DNA from: the human T2T-CHM13v2.0 reference genome, Homo sapiens | Assembly (NCBI RefSeq): GCF_009914755.1 | Contig: NC_060946.1 | Reading direction: 5' to 3' (one strand) | Length of the DNA: 64,000 nucleotides | In this document: one piece after another, positions 25,100 through 41,200 of the stretch | How the letters are laid out: every line of letters begins with the position of its first letter | Position numbering within the stretch: the first letter of the stretch is position 1 | Notes under the pieces: generated by a model | Told to the model about the DNA's origin: nothing | Databases searched by the model: none | What the model saw: only the letters and a program-made list of their open reading frames with translations | Position numbers and translations under genes: made by a program

Positions 25100-26016
25100 T
25101 TAGTGTTGTCACGGTTTGTTTATATGTTGTGAAATATTCATTGAGATCAAAATCTGGCATTCCTAACTTGTGTTATGTGTATATTGGAGGCCATATGGAG
25201 TGGCAGAAGTGAAGTGGGGTTTGAATTCAGACCGTTGTTCCTCAAGAATGAATTGACCTGGAGAGAATTACTTGCAATCTCTGATCCTTAGTTCCTTCAT
25301 CTAGACATACCCACCTGGGACCATGTGAGGATCCAGTGAACTGTACAAGGTACCGCACAGGACATGGTGCTTGCTGCCTGGGAGAGGCTCAAGGCCTTCA
25401 GTGCCTTTCCCTGTTATTTTGGGAGTAGTGCAACTATTTTGATGTTTTTAAGAAACACTGTTTGACAAATACATGAGGCATACTTCATGGACTATTGTTT
25501 CAGATTATTCTTAGAACACAGAGGCAGGATCCACAATGTTTTTATGAGGAGAGCTACTTTTTATTCCCCCAAACCTTGACTTTCCTGGACTAGAGGTCTC
25601 AGTGATGTGTGCTGATGTGACACCCTTGAGCAAAGTTGGAGAAGAGAGAGTGGTAATTTCCACCACTTCCCCTTCTCCAAGACACTGGAAGTGCTGTGAA
25701 CTGTGCTCCTTCGCTCCTCCGCTCTGTAATCTCTGCCTGGGGGGGCTCTAGAGGGGCTCTAGGGAGGAGTGTCAGCCAGTGATTTCTCCATCTCGACCAG
25801 GTAGGGACCCAGGATCTTCTGGTGAATTCTAATTTGTTTTTTTATGAGCCTGAGGGTCATTTTAGGAATTTGTGGAAGCATTTGTGATTGTCTCAGTGGT
25901 TGGTGGGTGCTATAGGCATTTATTTAATAGGTAGGGCCCATGGAATTCAAGGTTTAGTGTGGTGACAGTTCTGTAAAATAGAACTTTTCCTATGATCTGC
26001 ACAGCTTTAGAATATC

Positions 26017-26301
26017 TTTTTTTTTTTTTTCTGAGACCAAGTCTTACTCTGTCACCCAGGACAGAGTGTAGTGGTGTGATCCCAGCTCACTGCAACCCGG
26101 GTTCAAGCGATTGTCCTGCCTCAGCCTCCCAAGTAGCTGGAATTAAGAGATGTGCCACCACGCTCGGCTAATTTTTGTATTTTTAGTAGAGGCGGAGTTT
26201 TACCATGTTGACCAGGCTGTTCTCGAACTCCTGACCTCAGGGGATCCATCCACGGCCTCCCAAAGTGCTGGGATTACAAGCATGAGCCACTGCGCCTGGC
26301 C
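26017..26301 (-). mobile_element. Alu SINE with TSD tagaatatctt
   Basis: Alu consensus; tagaatatctt on both flanks. Confidence 0.9.
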
Positions 26302-26488
26302 TAGAATATCTTGCTGAATAACTTATGTAGATAGAAAAAAACTGTTTAAGGCTGAACCTATAACTGAATTCCATTTTACATAAAGGATTTTTTAAAATGT
26401 AATTTTAGTAGAAATGGAAATTTCAGGAAATGGAATTAGTCTAGACCTTGAAGGGAAATTATCTCATTTTGTTCTTAGTTTTACTAAG

Positions 26489-26510
26489 TGTATTACTAGT
26501 CTTGGTTCTC

Positions 26511-26566
<56 letters not shown>

Positions 26567-28026
26567 CCAGTGGGAAAGAGAGAGTGAGATATGTTTTTAT
26601 ATATAGTATATTTAACTATATTTAACCAATATATATGATTGTATCACACGCATCCTATTGGTTCTGTGTCTCTGGAGAAAATATAAGTATTCACCAGTTG
26701 CCCTTTATCTATGGTTTTGCTTTCCATGCTTTAAGTACCTCATGGTCAACCAAGGTCTGAAAATATTGAATGGAAAAATTCCTGAAACAAACAGTTGGTA
26801 AGTTTTAAATTGTGGACTGTTCTGAATGACATGATGAAATCTTGTGCGGTTTCATTGTCACACCTGGAAATGAGTCCTCACTTTGTCCGATGTATCCATG
26901 CTGTGTGTGCTGCCTGCCCATTAGTCCCTTAGTCTTGGTTATCAGATTAACTGTCTGGTATCACAGTGCTTGTAACCTTTATTTCACTTAATAATGGACC
27001 CACAGTGCAGGAGTAGTGATGCTAGCATATTGTATTATTGCTTACTTTATTATTAGTTATTGTTGTTAATCTCCTACTGTGCCTAATTTATCAACTTAAC
27101 TTTATCATAGGTGGTATGTATACATGGTCCCCAACTTACTGTGGTTCGACCTAAGATTTTTCAACTTTATGATGGCGTGAAACTGTCACATTTTTAATGT
27201 CATGTATAATATTCAATAAATTACATGAGGTGTTCAATACTTTATTATAAAATAGGCTTCGTGTTAGATGATTTTTGTCCACCTATAGGTTAATGTAAGT
27301 GGTCTGATCATGTTTAAGATAGGCTAGGTTAAGCTATGACGTTCAATAGGTAAAGTGCATTAAATGAATTTTTGACTCTTGATATTTTCAACTTACGATA
27401 TTTTTATTCCATCATAAGTTGAGGAGCATCTTTATGTATGGGCAAAAACATAGTATATATGGAGTTGGGCAATATCTGCATTTTTAGGCATCCGTAGGGG
27501 TTCTTGAAACATATCCCCCTCGGATAAAGGGGAAGCATTCTATTTATAACAAGATCCTTATTAAAGGAATTGGCTCATGCAATTATGGAGGCTGAGAAGT
27601 CCCAAGATCTGCAGTTGGCCAGCTAGAGATCCAGGAGAGCTGATGGTGTCATTCTGATCTGGCTCTGAAGGCCTGAAAACCAGGAGAGCCACCGATGTAA
27701 GTTTCTGTCTGAAATCCAGCAGGCTTTAGACCCAAGGAAAACCAATGTTTGTTTCAGTTTGAGTCGGATGGCAAGCAGAGATGTCCCAGCTCAGCAGTCA
27801 GGTGGGAGGGGCTCCCTCTTACTTAGCCTTTTTGTTCTATTCAGGTCTTACAGTTGATGAGATGAGGCCCACCCACATTAGGGAAGTTAATCTGCTTTAG
27901 ACAGTCCACTGAATAAAACGTTAATTTCATCCAGAAACACCCTCACAGAGACACCCAGAGAAATATTTGACCAAAAGTCTGGGCACCCCATGATGCAGTC
28001 AGAAGACACATAAATTAACCGTCACA
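26489..28026 (-). mobile_element. MLT2-type ERVL LTR interrupted by nested Tigger-family elements and containing a (TA)n run at 26511-26562
   Basis: aaggaattggctcatgcaattatggaggctgagaagtcccaagatctgcag ... aaacaccctcacagagacacccag ... aattaaccgtcaca matches antisense MLT2. Confidence 0.7.
26695..27537. mobile_element. MER44-type Tigger element with a nested MER47-type element (~27122-27432)
   Basis: MER44 ends (ccctttatctatggttttgctttcc ... atatccccctcggataaagggg) and MER47 ends (atggtccccaacttac ... aagttgaggagcatct). Confidence 0.7.
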
Positions 28027-29054
28027 CTAAGAGTGATTCATCTTTTTAGGTAAATGAAGAATCAATCACATTATTGATAGCATTCATGATAGGTAGTGTG
28101 GTATCTGAGTTGCCAAAATGACATACCCAAATGAAGAGTATTTGTAGCTGTGAAATTCAGTGATTCAACTTAGAGATGTGGATTTCTGACCATTCTGCCT
28201 GAAAATTTACATATTGAAATTTATATTTATTTATTAAAAATGGTTTTTATATCATAGTTGCTGTGTTAAGTAGATATTTTTGGAAGATATATCTAATAAA
28301 TAAGTTATTTCTGAATTTCATTTCAGGATAGTAAAGGTATATTTTCAATTGTTTTTAAAGAAAGGGGATGAGGCATGATGGTTCACACCTGTAATCCCAG
28401 CTACTCGGGAGGCTCACTGGGAGGATCCAATGAGCTTGGAAGGTCAAGGCTACAGTGAGCCATGATTGCACCACTGGACTTCAGCATGGGTAACAGAGTA
28501 AGACCCTGTTTCAAAAAAAAGGTGCGCAGGGGGTATTTGGGTCTGATATGGCCAAGAACCGGCGGTCTAAGTGATCTCAAGCTGCCAGCCTCCTTGAGCA
28601 GTCTGCATCTCAGCATCTTTAAAGCTTTGACTGTGTTTCTTTTCTCCGCTTGGACCTCTGCAAAACCGTAGTCTTTCTTCTTATCAGGTCTTTCACAGTG
28701 TTGGGATATATTTTCCAGAAATGTTTGTTCGATGTTGTTCATTAGGTTGTTTTTTTTTTGAATTTTAGCTTTATTGATATGTAATTTATATGTCATACAA
28801 TGCACTTATTTAAAGTGTAAAACTTAGTGGTTTTCAATATAGGATTGTGCAACTATCACCGTAATCTAATGTTAGAACTTTGCATCACTCCAAAAAGAAA
28901 CCCTGTATCCATTAGTAGCCAGCCTCTATACTCCCTACCCCAACCCCTGGCAATCACTCATATTCTTTTTATCTCTATGGATTTGTTTCTGCTAGATAAT
29001 TTGTATAAATGGAATCATATAATACATGGTCCTTTGTGGCCTTCCTGGTTTTTT

Positions 29055-30278
29055 GTTCTTTATTTAAAAAAAAAAAAACAGGATACATGTGCAGAACATG
29101 CAGGTTTGTTACATAGGTATACATGTGCCATGGTGGTTTGCTGCACCTATTGACCCATCCTCTAACTAACGAGGGGAGACTGTTCTCTCCCCTTGTTCCC
29201 CACCCCACAACAGGCCCTGCTGTGTGTTGTTCCTTTCTCTGTGTCCTTGTATTCTCATTTTTCAACTCCACTTATGAGTAAGAACATGCAGTGTTTTGTT
29301 TTCTGTTCCTGTGTTTGCTGAGGATGATGGCTTCCAGCTTCATCCATGTCCCTCCAGAGGACATGATCTCATTCCTTTGTATGGCTGCATAGTATTCCAT
29401 GGTGTATATGTACCACATTTTCTTCATCCAGTCTATCATTGACAGGCATTTGGGTTGGTTCCATGTCTTTGCTATTGTAAACAGTGCTGCAATAAACATA
29501 CCGTGTGCGTATACATATGTAACAAACCTGCATGTTGTGCACGTGTACCCTAGAACTTAAAGTATAATAAAAATATATATGTATATAAAATAAACATACC
29601 ATATGCATGTGTCTTTACAGTAGAACGATTTGTATTCCTTTGAGTATATACCCACTAATGGGATTGCTGGGGTATTTCTGGTTCTAGATCCTTGAGGAAT
29701 CACCATACTGTCTTCCACAATGGTTGAAGTAATCTACATTTCCACCAACAGTGTAAAAACATTCCTATTTCTCCACAGCCTTGGCAGCATCTATTGTTTC
29801 TTGACTTTTTAATCATCGCAATTGTGAATGGCATGAGATGGTATCTCATTGTGGTTTTGATTTGCATTTCTGTGATGATCAGTGATGTTGATATATAGAC
29901 CAATGGAACAGAACAGTGATGTTGATATATAGACCAATGGAACAGAACACAGACCTCAGAAATGACACCACACATCTACAAGCATCTAATCTTTGACAAA
30001 CCTGACAAAAACAAGCAATGGGGAAAGGATCTTCTATTCATTAAATGGTACTGGGAAAACTGGCTAGCCATATGCAGAAAACTGAAACTAGACCTCTTCT
30101 TTACACCTTATAAAAAATTAACTCAAGCTGGATTAAAGACTTAAACGTAAAACCCAAAACCATAAAAACCCTAGAAGAAAACCTAGGCAATACCATTCAG
30201 GACATAGGCACAGGCAAAGACTTCCATGACAAAAACACCAAAAGCAATTACAACAAAAACCAGAATTGACAAATGGAG
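29055..30278. mobile_element. L1PA element with 5' inversion: antisense 3' end (29055-~29890) joined to a sense ORF2 segment (~29890-30278); tiny sense L1 3' end inserted at ~29503-29588
   Basis: L1 3'UTR and ORF2 peptides (MFIAALFTIAKTWNQPKC; [15 protein letters not shown]) in opposite orientations; aataaacatacc repeats flank the small insert. Confidence 0.8.
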
Positions 30279-30283
30279 TGGAG

Positions 30284-31389
30284 CCTGGAGTGGCCTGACT
30301 GCCCACCTCAGCATGCTTTATATACTGAGGTTGGTCAATGGGGTTCCTGGACTGTGTGTTCTGATTGGATGAGAGAAAAGCCTCTAGGCCTACTCTGATT
30401 GGACTTTATTATCATGTTCTGACTGGATGAGAGCAAGTATTAGGACAACCAAACAGAGCATGAAAATAAAGTCCAATCAGAGTAGGCATAGAGGTTTTTC
30501 TCTCATTCAATCAGAACACGCAATCCAGGAACCCCATTGCCTAACATCAGCATAGTGGGCCGTCAGGCCATTCCAGGATTTTCTGCTTAGCAGTGACCTG
30601 CTGTTCCGTGCTAGCTTAGGAAGCCACCTACTGCACGCTGGAGGCTGGAGGCTGGAGGCTGGAGCCTACGGGCACTGTGGCTCTCCTCATGCCTTGCCTC
30701 GCTGTGGTAGGTGGTGGCTACTGAGACTGCAGTGCCCCGGGAGCGGTAAGAGGGCCACCAGCAGGGAAGGCTGCTCCTGTCGGGCTAGAGGACGAGGAGA
30801 TGGGAGAGCTACTTGCCCCACGTTGGGGGCTGGGGCCTGTGACATGGCACCTCGCCTTGCTGCAGTTGGTGGCGGCCACAGAGACGGCAGCGCAGCTGAA
30901 GTGGTAGGAGGGGAGAAAATAGTTTTGGGGTAGATGGAGGGGTAAAGAGGGTGGTGAGTGCCAAAGGGAAAAAAGGATGGCGAGCAGGAGAAGGCGTTGC
31001 AGACAGAGGGTGGGGAAAAAGATGGTGGGAAAATAAGTTTTGGGGTAGATGGAGGGGGAGAAGAGGGTGGTGAGTGGCAGGAGTGGAGAGAAGGCTTTGA
31101 GAAAAGATGGGGGAAAATGTTTTTGGGTAAATGGAGGAGCAAAAGAGGGTGATGAGAGCGTGAGGGGGGAAAGAGGGTGGCCAGGGAGAGGAGGAAAAGA
31201 TGGTGGGGAGAAGGGTGGTGAGCGGGAGAGTAGAGGGGGCTTTGCGAAAAGAAGGTGGGGAAAAATGGTGGGGAAAAAGTTTTGGGGTAGGTGGAGAAAG
31301 ACAAAAGGGTGGCGAGAGGGAGGGGGCTGAAGGCAGTCGGGAAAAGAAGGTGGGAAGGTAATGGTGGGGGGACAAAGGTTTTGGGTAGA

Positions 31390-31390
<1 letters not shown>
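30284..31390. repeat. REP522-like palindromic repeat: ~290-bp inverted-repeat core followed by a G-rich repeated arm
   Basis: 30284-~30427 is the near reverse complement of ~30448-30577, with multiple CCAAT/ATTGG boxes, followed by recurring ttttggggtagatggagggg units. Family name from memory. Confidence 0.7.
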
Positions 31391-34390
<3,000 letters not shown>

Positions 34391-34398
34391 ATTACTAA

Positions 34399-34690
<292 letters not shown>

Positions 34691-36069
34691 GGGAATCTTA
34701 AAAAGTTTAATAAATGGAAGCAGGGTAGAATTGTGCTTACCAGGGACAGGGAGGTGGGAGAAAAGGGGACCTGTTGGCCCAAGAGTACAAAGTTGCAGTT
34801 ATGTGATTATAGTTCATAATACTGTATACTGGAAATTTGTGAAGAGAGTGTATTTCAGGTGCTGTCATCTAACTATGTGAGAAGATGAGTTCATTAGTTT
34901 GACTGTAGTAATTATTTAACTGTGTATATGTATGTATATATACAAATACATATAGATTTTCATATATATGAATCAAAACAGGCTGTCCACTTAAATATAT
35001 TCAATTTTATTTTAAACATTAAAATATGAAACAAAGAAAAAAAAGCATGCATAGTCTCACACTCAATTACCGACATATATAAGTGCACTGCTAATCAGAA
35101 CAGTGAATTAAATGTCAGTTATATTTGTTTGTTTATATTGTAACCTTTCCTTTTATTTTCATTTATTTTCTATTTATAATTATGCAAATATTTAAAGAGT
35201 TCACAATGAAACTATGTATTAAATACCCTCCACATATTTTAGAAGTGATGAATGTTGCTAGTTTTACGTCATAGTCACTGTAAGAATGTTCCCTTGGGAA
35301 GTGTTATCTTCTGTTGGTTTGTATTTTAATAACATTCACCACTACCAAGAGAGAGCCTGGGTTTTTCTAATCTTTACCCACCATAAATAATATTATGATG
35401 AATGCCTCTGAGCATATATCACTATGGGCAATTAAGCATACTTCTGACAGCTTCTCAGATTTGGAATTGCCGATCCAAAAATCAATGAACATGTTAAAAT
35501 ATGACAATTACTTTTCACCCTCAAATATGCTGGTAAAAATCGCATTTTCATTAATTTTATGTAATAGTACCAGTATCAATTTTCCCACACGTCACACTAC
35601 AATTAAATACTATAAATTTTATTAATTCCTATCTATATTACAGGCAATAAAATCATCTCATTGCTCTTTCAACTTGAAGTTTCTGATTACTGTAATTCCA
35701 AATGTACCGTGACATATTTATTATACGGTTTATATTATATTTTGTGAACTCTATTTTCAGTCTCCTTTACTACAAAAGGGAGTATGTGTGGAAACAAAAT
35801 TGGTGTTATACAAGAGTATCTTTTCCTTGTCTAAGATCTGTTTGAAATAGGCAAGAAAAAAAATGACATATTCATTCAAACAGTACAATATCTGTGTCCG
35901 TTTCACAGTAGCAATACAATGTAAATAGAATCACACTCATATCTCCCATGACAAAACTAATGCCTTATTTACAACATTCATTTTGCATTGAAAAATCATT
36001 TTTTATTTTTTCAGCTACGTATGGTCAATTTCTCTTTGTATGTTGCATAGCTTCCAATTGCATGTAGAA

Positions 36070-36650
36070 GTCTTTTATTTTTCAGTCGTTTTGGGATACA
36101 GGTGTTTTTTGCTTACACGAGTAAGTTCTGTAGTGGTGATTTCTGAAATTTTGGTGCACCCGTACCTGAGTGGTGTACATTGCACCCAATATGTACTCTT
36201 TTATTCCTCACCCCCTCCTACCTTTCTCTCCGAGTCCCCAAAGTCCATTATATCATTCTTAAATGCATTTGCATCCTCATAGCTTAGCTTCCACTTACAA
36301 GTGAGAACATATGATACTTGGTTTTCCACTCCTGAGTTACTTAGAATAATGGCCTCTGGCTGCCTCCAGGTTGCTGCAAAGGCCATTATTTCATCCCATT
36401 TTATGGCTGAGTAGTATACCACGGTGTATATATACCATATTTTCTTCATCCATTCGTTGGCTGATGGGCATTTAGTTGATGGGTATGGTTGATGGGCTTC
36501 CTATTTTTGCAATTGCGAATTGTGCTACTATGAAAACATGCATATGCATCTGTCTTCCATGTAATGACCTGTTTTCCTCTGGGTAGATACCCAGTAGTGT
36601 GATTGTTGGATCGAATGGTAGTTCTACTTTGAGTTCTTTGAGAAATCTAG
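36070..36650 (-). mobile_element. L1 (L1PB-like) 3' end fragment
   Basis: Antisense translation KELKVELPFDPTITLLGIYPEE and WYIYTVVYYSAIK match the L1 ORF2 C-terminus. Confidence 0.8.
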
Positions 36651-38271
36651 GAGTCATTTTAATATAGATAATTGAATTGCAGTTAATTCTCCATCCAGTT
36701 TTCCACATTGGTTACTTACTACCACCGATTTGAGGCCATTTTTCATTTATATTACTCGATCATTTTATTCAGTCACATTTCTAACAGTATATGCTGTTTC
36801 CAAAGCATATCATGTGAACAGTTTAAAATTCTCAAAGTATAATTCTTTGTTGAAGCATTTGTAAGTTTTACACAAGCCCTTATATGATCTGTTTTGATTT
36901 TTAAATCATCATCTCTTCTATTTTACTTATATTTACTTTTCTTCTTGTGAGATGTAATCTCATACAAACTTTATAGATAGGAAGATGTTGGGAAACTATC
37001 ACATGGTCTGTTATGTTGTGTTATTTTAATAGGCCAAATTATTTGATGAAAAGAGAAATCTTGATAGTTTTTTAATTATGTGGGACACGGCATTATTTTA
37101 TCAGAAAACTGTATGTTGAAAATATTGCATTGTTGTGTATAGATAGAGTGGCATGGATTCAATTTTGTATGCATAAATTAAATTTGTAATGTTTAAGCAG
37201 TGGATTAGAATTTTAACATGCTTTCACTTCATTTGGTCCTGTTAGGTAAGCAAGGGATCTTGTGTGTTGGAAAAAGAATTACTTTGGTGCAGCCGCCCAA
37301 GAGGAGCTTGGGGAGGACGCTGGCCCGCGAGGCTCGTCGCAGACAAGGTGGCGGCGATGTCCGCGAGCCAGGCCAGTGCCGCGGCGGCAGCGTCGGGGCC
37401 TTTCGCGCGGCAGGGCGGCCTGGGCTTCGGCCTCCCGCCGGTTCCCTGGAAGCGGGCCCGCGGCTAGCGCGGGAGCAGCAGCAGAGATGGAGGCTCCAGC
37501 GCCTCTCTCTCTTCCCCGTCCGCCTGAGCCAGGGGAGGCCAGGCGGCCCGGGTGTCTGGAGCCGGGGGTCTGCTGTCCGAGAATGAGAATTTTCTTCCCC
37601 CAGAACGTGGAGACTGTTCGATCACCAGGAGCACAAAGTTATCATTGTTGGGCTGGATAATGCAGGGAAAACTACCATTCTTTACCAGTTTTCTATGAAT
37701 GAGGTTGTACATACATCTCCTATAATAGGAAGTAATGTAGAAGAGATAGTGATTAATAATACGCGTTTCCTAATGTGGGATATTGGTGGCCAAGAATCTT
37801 TTCGTTCTTCCTGGAACACTTACTATACTAACACAGAGTTGATAATAGTTGTGGACAGTACAGACACATGATTTCTGTAACTAGAGAAGAACTCTATAAA
37901 ACGTTAGCGCATGAGGACCTAAGGAAAGCTGGATTGCTGAGTTTTGTTAATAAACGAGACGTTAAAGAATGCCTGACTGTAGCGGAAATCTCCCAGTTTT
38001 TGAAGCTACCTTCTATTAAAGATAACAGTTAGTGGCATATCCAGGCATGCTGGGCTCTAACTGGCAAGGGATTGTGCCAAAGACTTGAATGGACGATGTC
38101 ATGACTTTAGATTACATGATCTCTTCTAACCTCATAGACTTTGTATAAATGAAGTGCTGGACTTTACCTGAAAGCTGCAAAAATTAATGGTTTAGATATA
38201 TTTATAATAAACTGATTTAAACTTTTTCTATAAGAAGAAAAATTAAGACCACTTATTTGAAAAGAAAGATG

Positions 38272-41200
38272 GAGAGGGAGGAGGAAGAAGAGAAAACGGC
38301 CGGGCGGCGGGGGCTGTAGGTTGTGCAGCGGTAGCGGCTCTCCCCCGCGGCGGACGATGGACAGCCAGGACAGGAAGGTGGTGGTGTACAACAACAGCAC
38401 CGGGCTTGTGAAGTGTGGTTATATGCAGGCTCTAACTTTCCAGAAGACATCTTCCCAGCTTTGGTTGGAAGACCTATTATCAGATCAACCACCAAAGTGG
38501 GAAACATTGAACAAGGATCTTATGGTTGGTGATGAGGCAGGTGAATTACGATCAATGTTGGAAGTTAATTACCCTATGGAAAATGGCATAGTAAGAAATT
38601 AGGATGACGTGAAACACCTGTGGGACTACACGTTTGAACCAGAGAAACTTAATATAGATACCAGAAATTGTAAAATCTTACTCACAGAACCTCCTATGAA
38701 CCCAACCAAAAACACAGAGAAGACTGTAGAGGTAATGTTTGAAACTTAGCAGTTTTCCGGTGTATATGTAGCCATCCAGACGGTTCTGACTTTGTACGCT
38801 CAAGGTTTATTGACTGGTGTAGCGGTAGACTCTGGAGATAGTGTGAGTCATATTTGCCCAGTATATGAAGGCTTTTCTCTCCCTCATCTTACCAGGAGAC
38901 TGGATATTGCTGAGAGGGATATAACTAGATACCAGGTTGCTTCTATTGCGAGGATATGCCTTCAACCACCCTGCTGATTTTGAAACGGTTTGCATGATTA
39001 AAGAAAAACTGTTACGTGGGATATAATATTGAGCAAGAGCAGAAACTGGCCTTAGAAACCAAAGTATTAGTTGAATCTTATACATTCCCAGATGGACATA
39101 TCATCAAAGTTGGAGGGGAGAGATTTGAAGCACCAGAAGTTTTATTTCAGCCTCACTTGATCAATGTTGAAGGAGTTGGTGTTGCTGAATTGCTTTTGAA
39201 CACAATTCAGGCAGCTGACATTGATACCTGATCTGAATCCTACAAACACATTGTGCTTTCTGGAGGGTCTACTATGTATCCTGGCCTGTCATCAAGGTTG
39301 GAACGAGAACTTAAACAGCTTTACTTAGAACGAGTTTTAAAGGGTGATGTGGAAAAACTTTTTAAATTTAAGATCCGCATTGAAGACCTACCCCTCAGAA
39401 AGCACATGGGTGGTGCAGTTCTAGCAGATACCATGAAAGACAAAGACAACTTTTGGATGACCCGACAAGAGTACCAAGAAAGGGGTGTCCGTGTGCTAGA
39501 GAAACTTGGTGTGACTGTTCGATAAACTCCAAAGCTTTTTCCCATCACACCCGTAATGCTTTCTTTTTTCCTTTATTGCCAATCTTTTGAACTCATTCAA
39601 CGCCTGGACATGGAAGAGGCCTCTGTGTGCCTTTTGACTGGAAAGGTCAAGTTTTATTCTGGTGTCTTGAGGAAGCTTTGTTAAATTTTTGTTAATGTGG
39701 GTAAATCTGAATTTAGTTCAACTGCTTCCCTACATAGACAAGCGGGCTAAGGGTCCTGTCTGCTGCTTTGTTTCTTCTAAGTAGGCATTTAGATCATTCC
39801 TGTAGGCTTCCTATTTTCACTTTGCTGCTCTAATGCCGCTAGTTGTAGTCTTTAGCACGCTAGGTGGTATGCCTTTATTAGCATAATGAAAAGACTTTAA
39901 CAGGAGCTTTTACGTATTACTGGGATGGGGGGTGGTTCGGGATGGGTGGGCAGCTGCTGAACCCTTCAGGGCATTTCCTCTGTAGTATGGCACTTTCATC
40001 TGTAGCTTTAAGTACCTTAAAGCGTCTCCTGTGAACATCTTAGGGAAATGTTAGGTTCAGAACTAAAGTGTTTTGGGTGGTTTTTGTTGGGGTGGTGGTG
40101 GGGGTAACAGTGGGCGGTCTTCTGATTTTTATTTTTGAGGTTTTCTCACTGGAGTACGTAGAGGAACTTTATTTACAGTACTTTGATTTGGCAGGTTTTC
40201 TTCTACTTGTGCTCTGCCTGGAGCTGTTTTCATATGATATAAAAAGCACAAGTGTAGTATTCCATTACTATGGGGCTTAGGGATTTATTTGTTTTTTAAA
40301 ATCAACTATGTTAGCTGGGACTAGACTCCCTACAATCTGTCAATGGAAAAGTAACATTTAAAACCCCTTTTGGTAATTCAAATTACAGATTTAAAAGTGC
40401 TTAAGATCTGGTGTTTTGTTAATGCTTCTGTTTATTCCAGAAGCATTAAGGTAACCCATTGCCAAGTATCATTCTTGCAAATTATTCTTTTATATAACTG
40501 ACCAGTGCTTAATAAAACAAGCAGGTACTTACAAATAATTACTAGCAGTAGGTTATAATTGGTTTAAAAATAACATTGGAATACCATACTTGTTGCTAAT
40601 TGGGTAATTTTCATTAGTTTTTTTGTTTGTTTGTTTTGATTTGAAAACTGGAAGTAGAGTAACATTTGACTGTATTAAAATGTTGACCAAAAAATCAAGA
40701 TTTAAAATTTTTATTTGTACTAAAAAACTAATCATAACTGTTAATTCTCAGCCATCTTTGAAGTTTGAAAGAAGAGTCTTTGGTATTTTCTAAATGTTAG
40801 CGGACTTTCCTGCCAGTGTCAGAAAATCCTATTTATGAATCCTGTCGGTATTCCTTGGTATCTGAAAAAAATATCAAATAGTACCCATAGATGATTTATT
40901 TCTAAGTTCGAAAAATAAAAAGAAATTGTATCACACTAATTACAAAATACAGGTTCTGGAAAAAATATTTTTCTTCATTTTAAAACTTTTGTTAACTAAT
41001 AATGGCTTTGAAAGAAGAGGCTTAATTTGGGGGTGACTAAAATCAAAGAAATTATTGACTTGAGGGTCTCTGTTTTGTAGGAATACATAATTAGCTTAAA
41101 TAAACAGCAAAAGGTTAGTTTTAATTATGTAGCTTCTGTTAATATTGTGTTTTTTGTCTGTCTTACCTCAATTTGAACAGATAAGTTTGCCTGCATGTTG

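Noticed and set aside
30687-31375. Pro/Ser/Phe-rich ORFs of 188-205 aa
   Set aside because: Produced by the low-complexity G/A-rich repeat; no domain recognisable.
38321-39525. ACTR2-like ORF fragments as a functional gene
   Set aside because: Frameshifts and premature stops (e.g. TAG at 38600-38602), no introns, and a poly-A with TSD identify a processed pseudogene.
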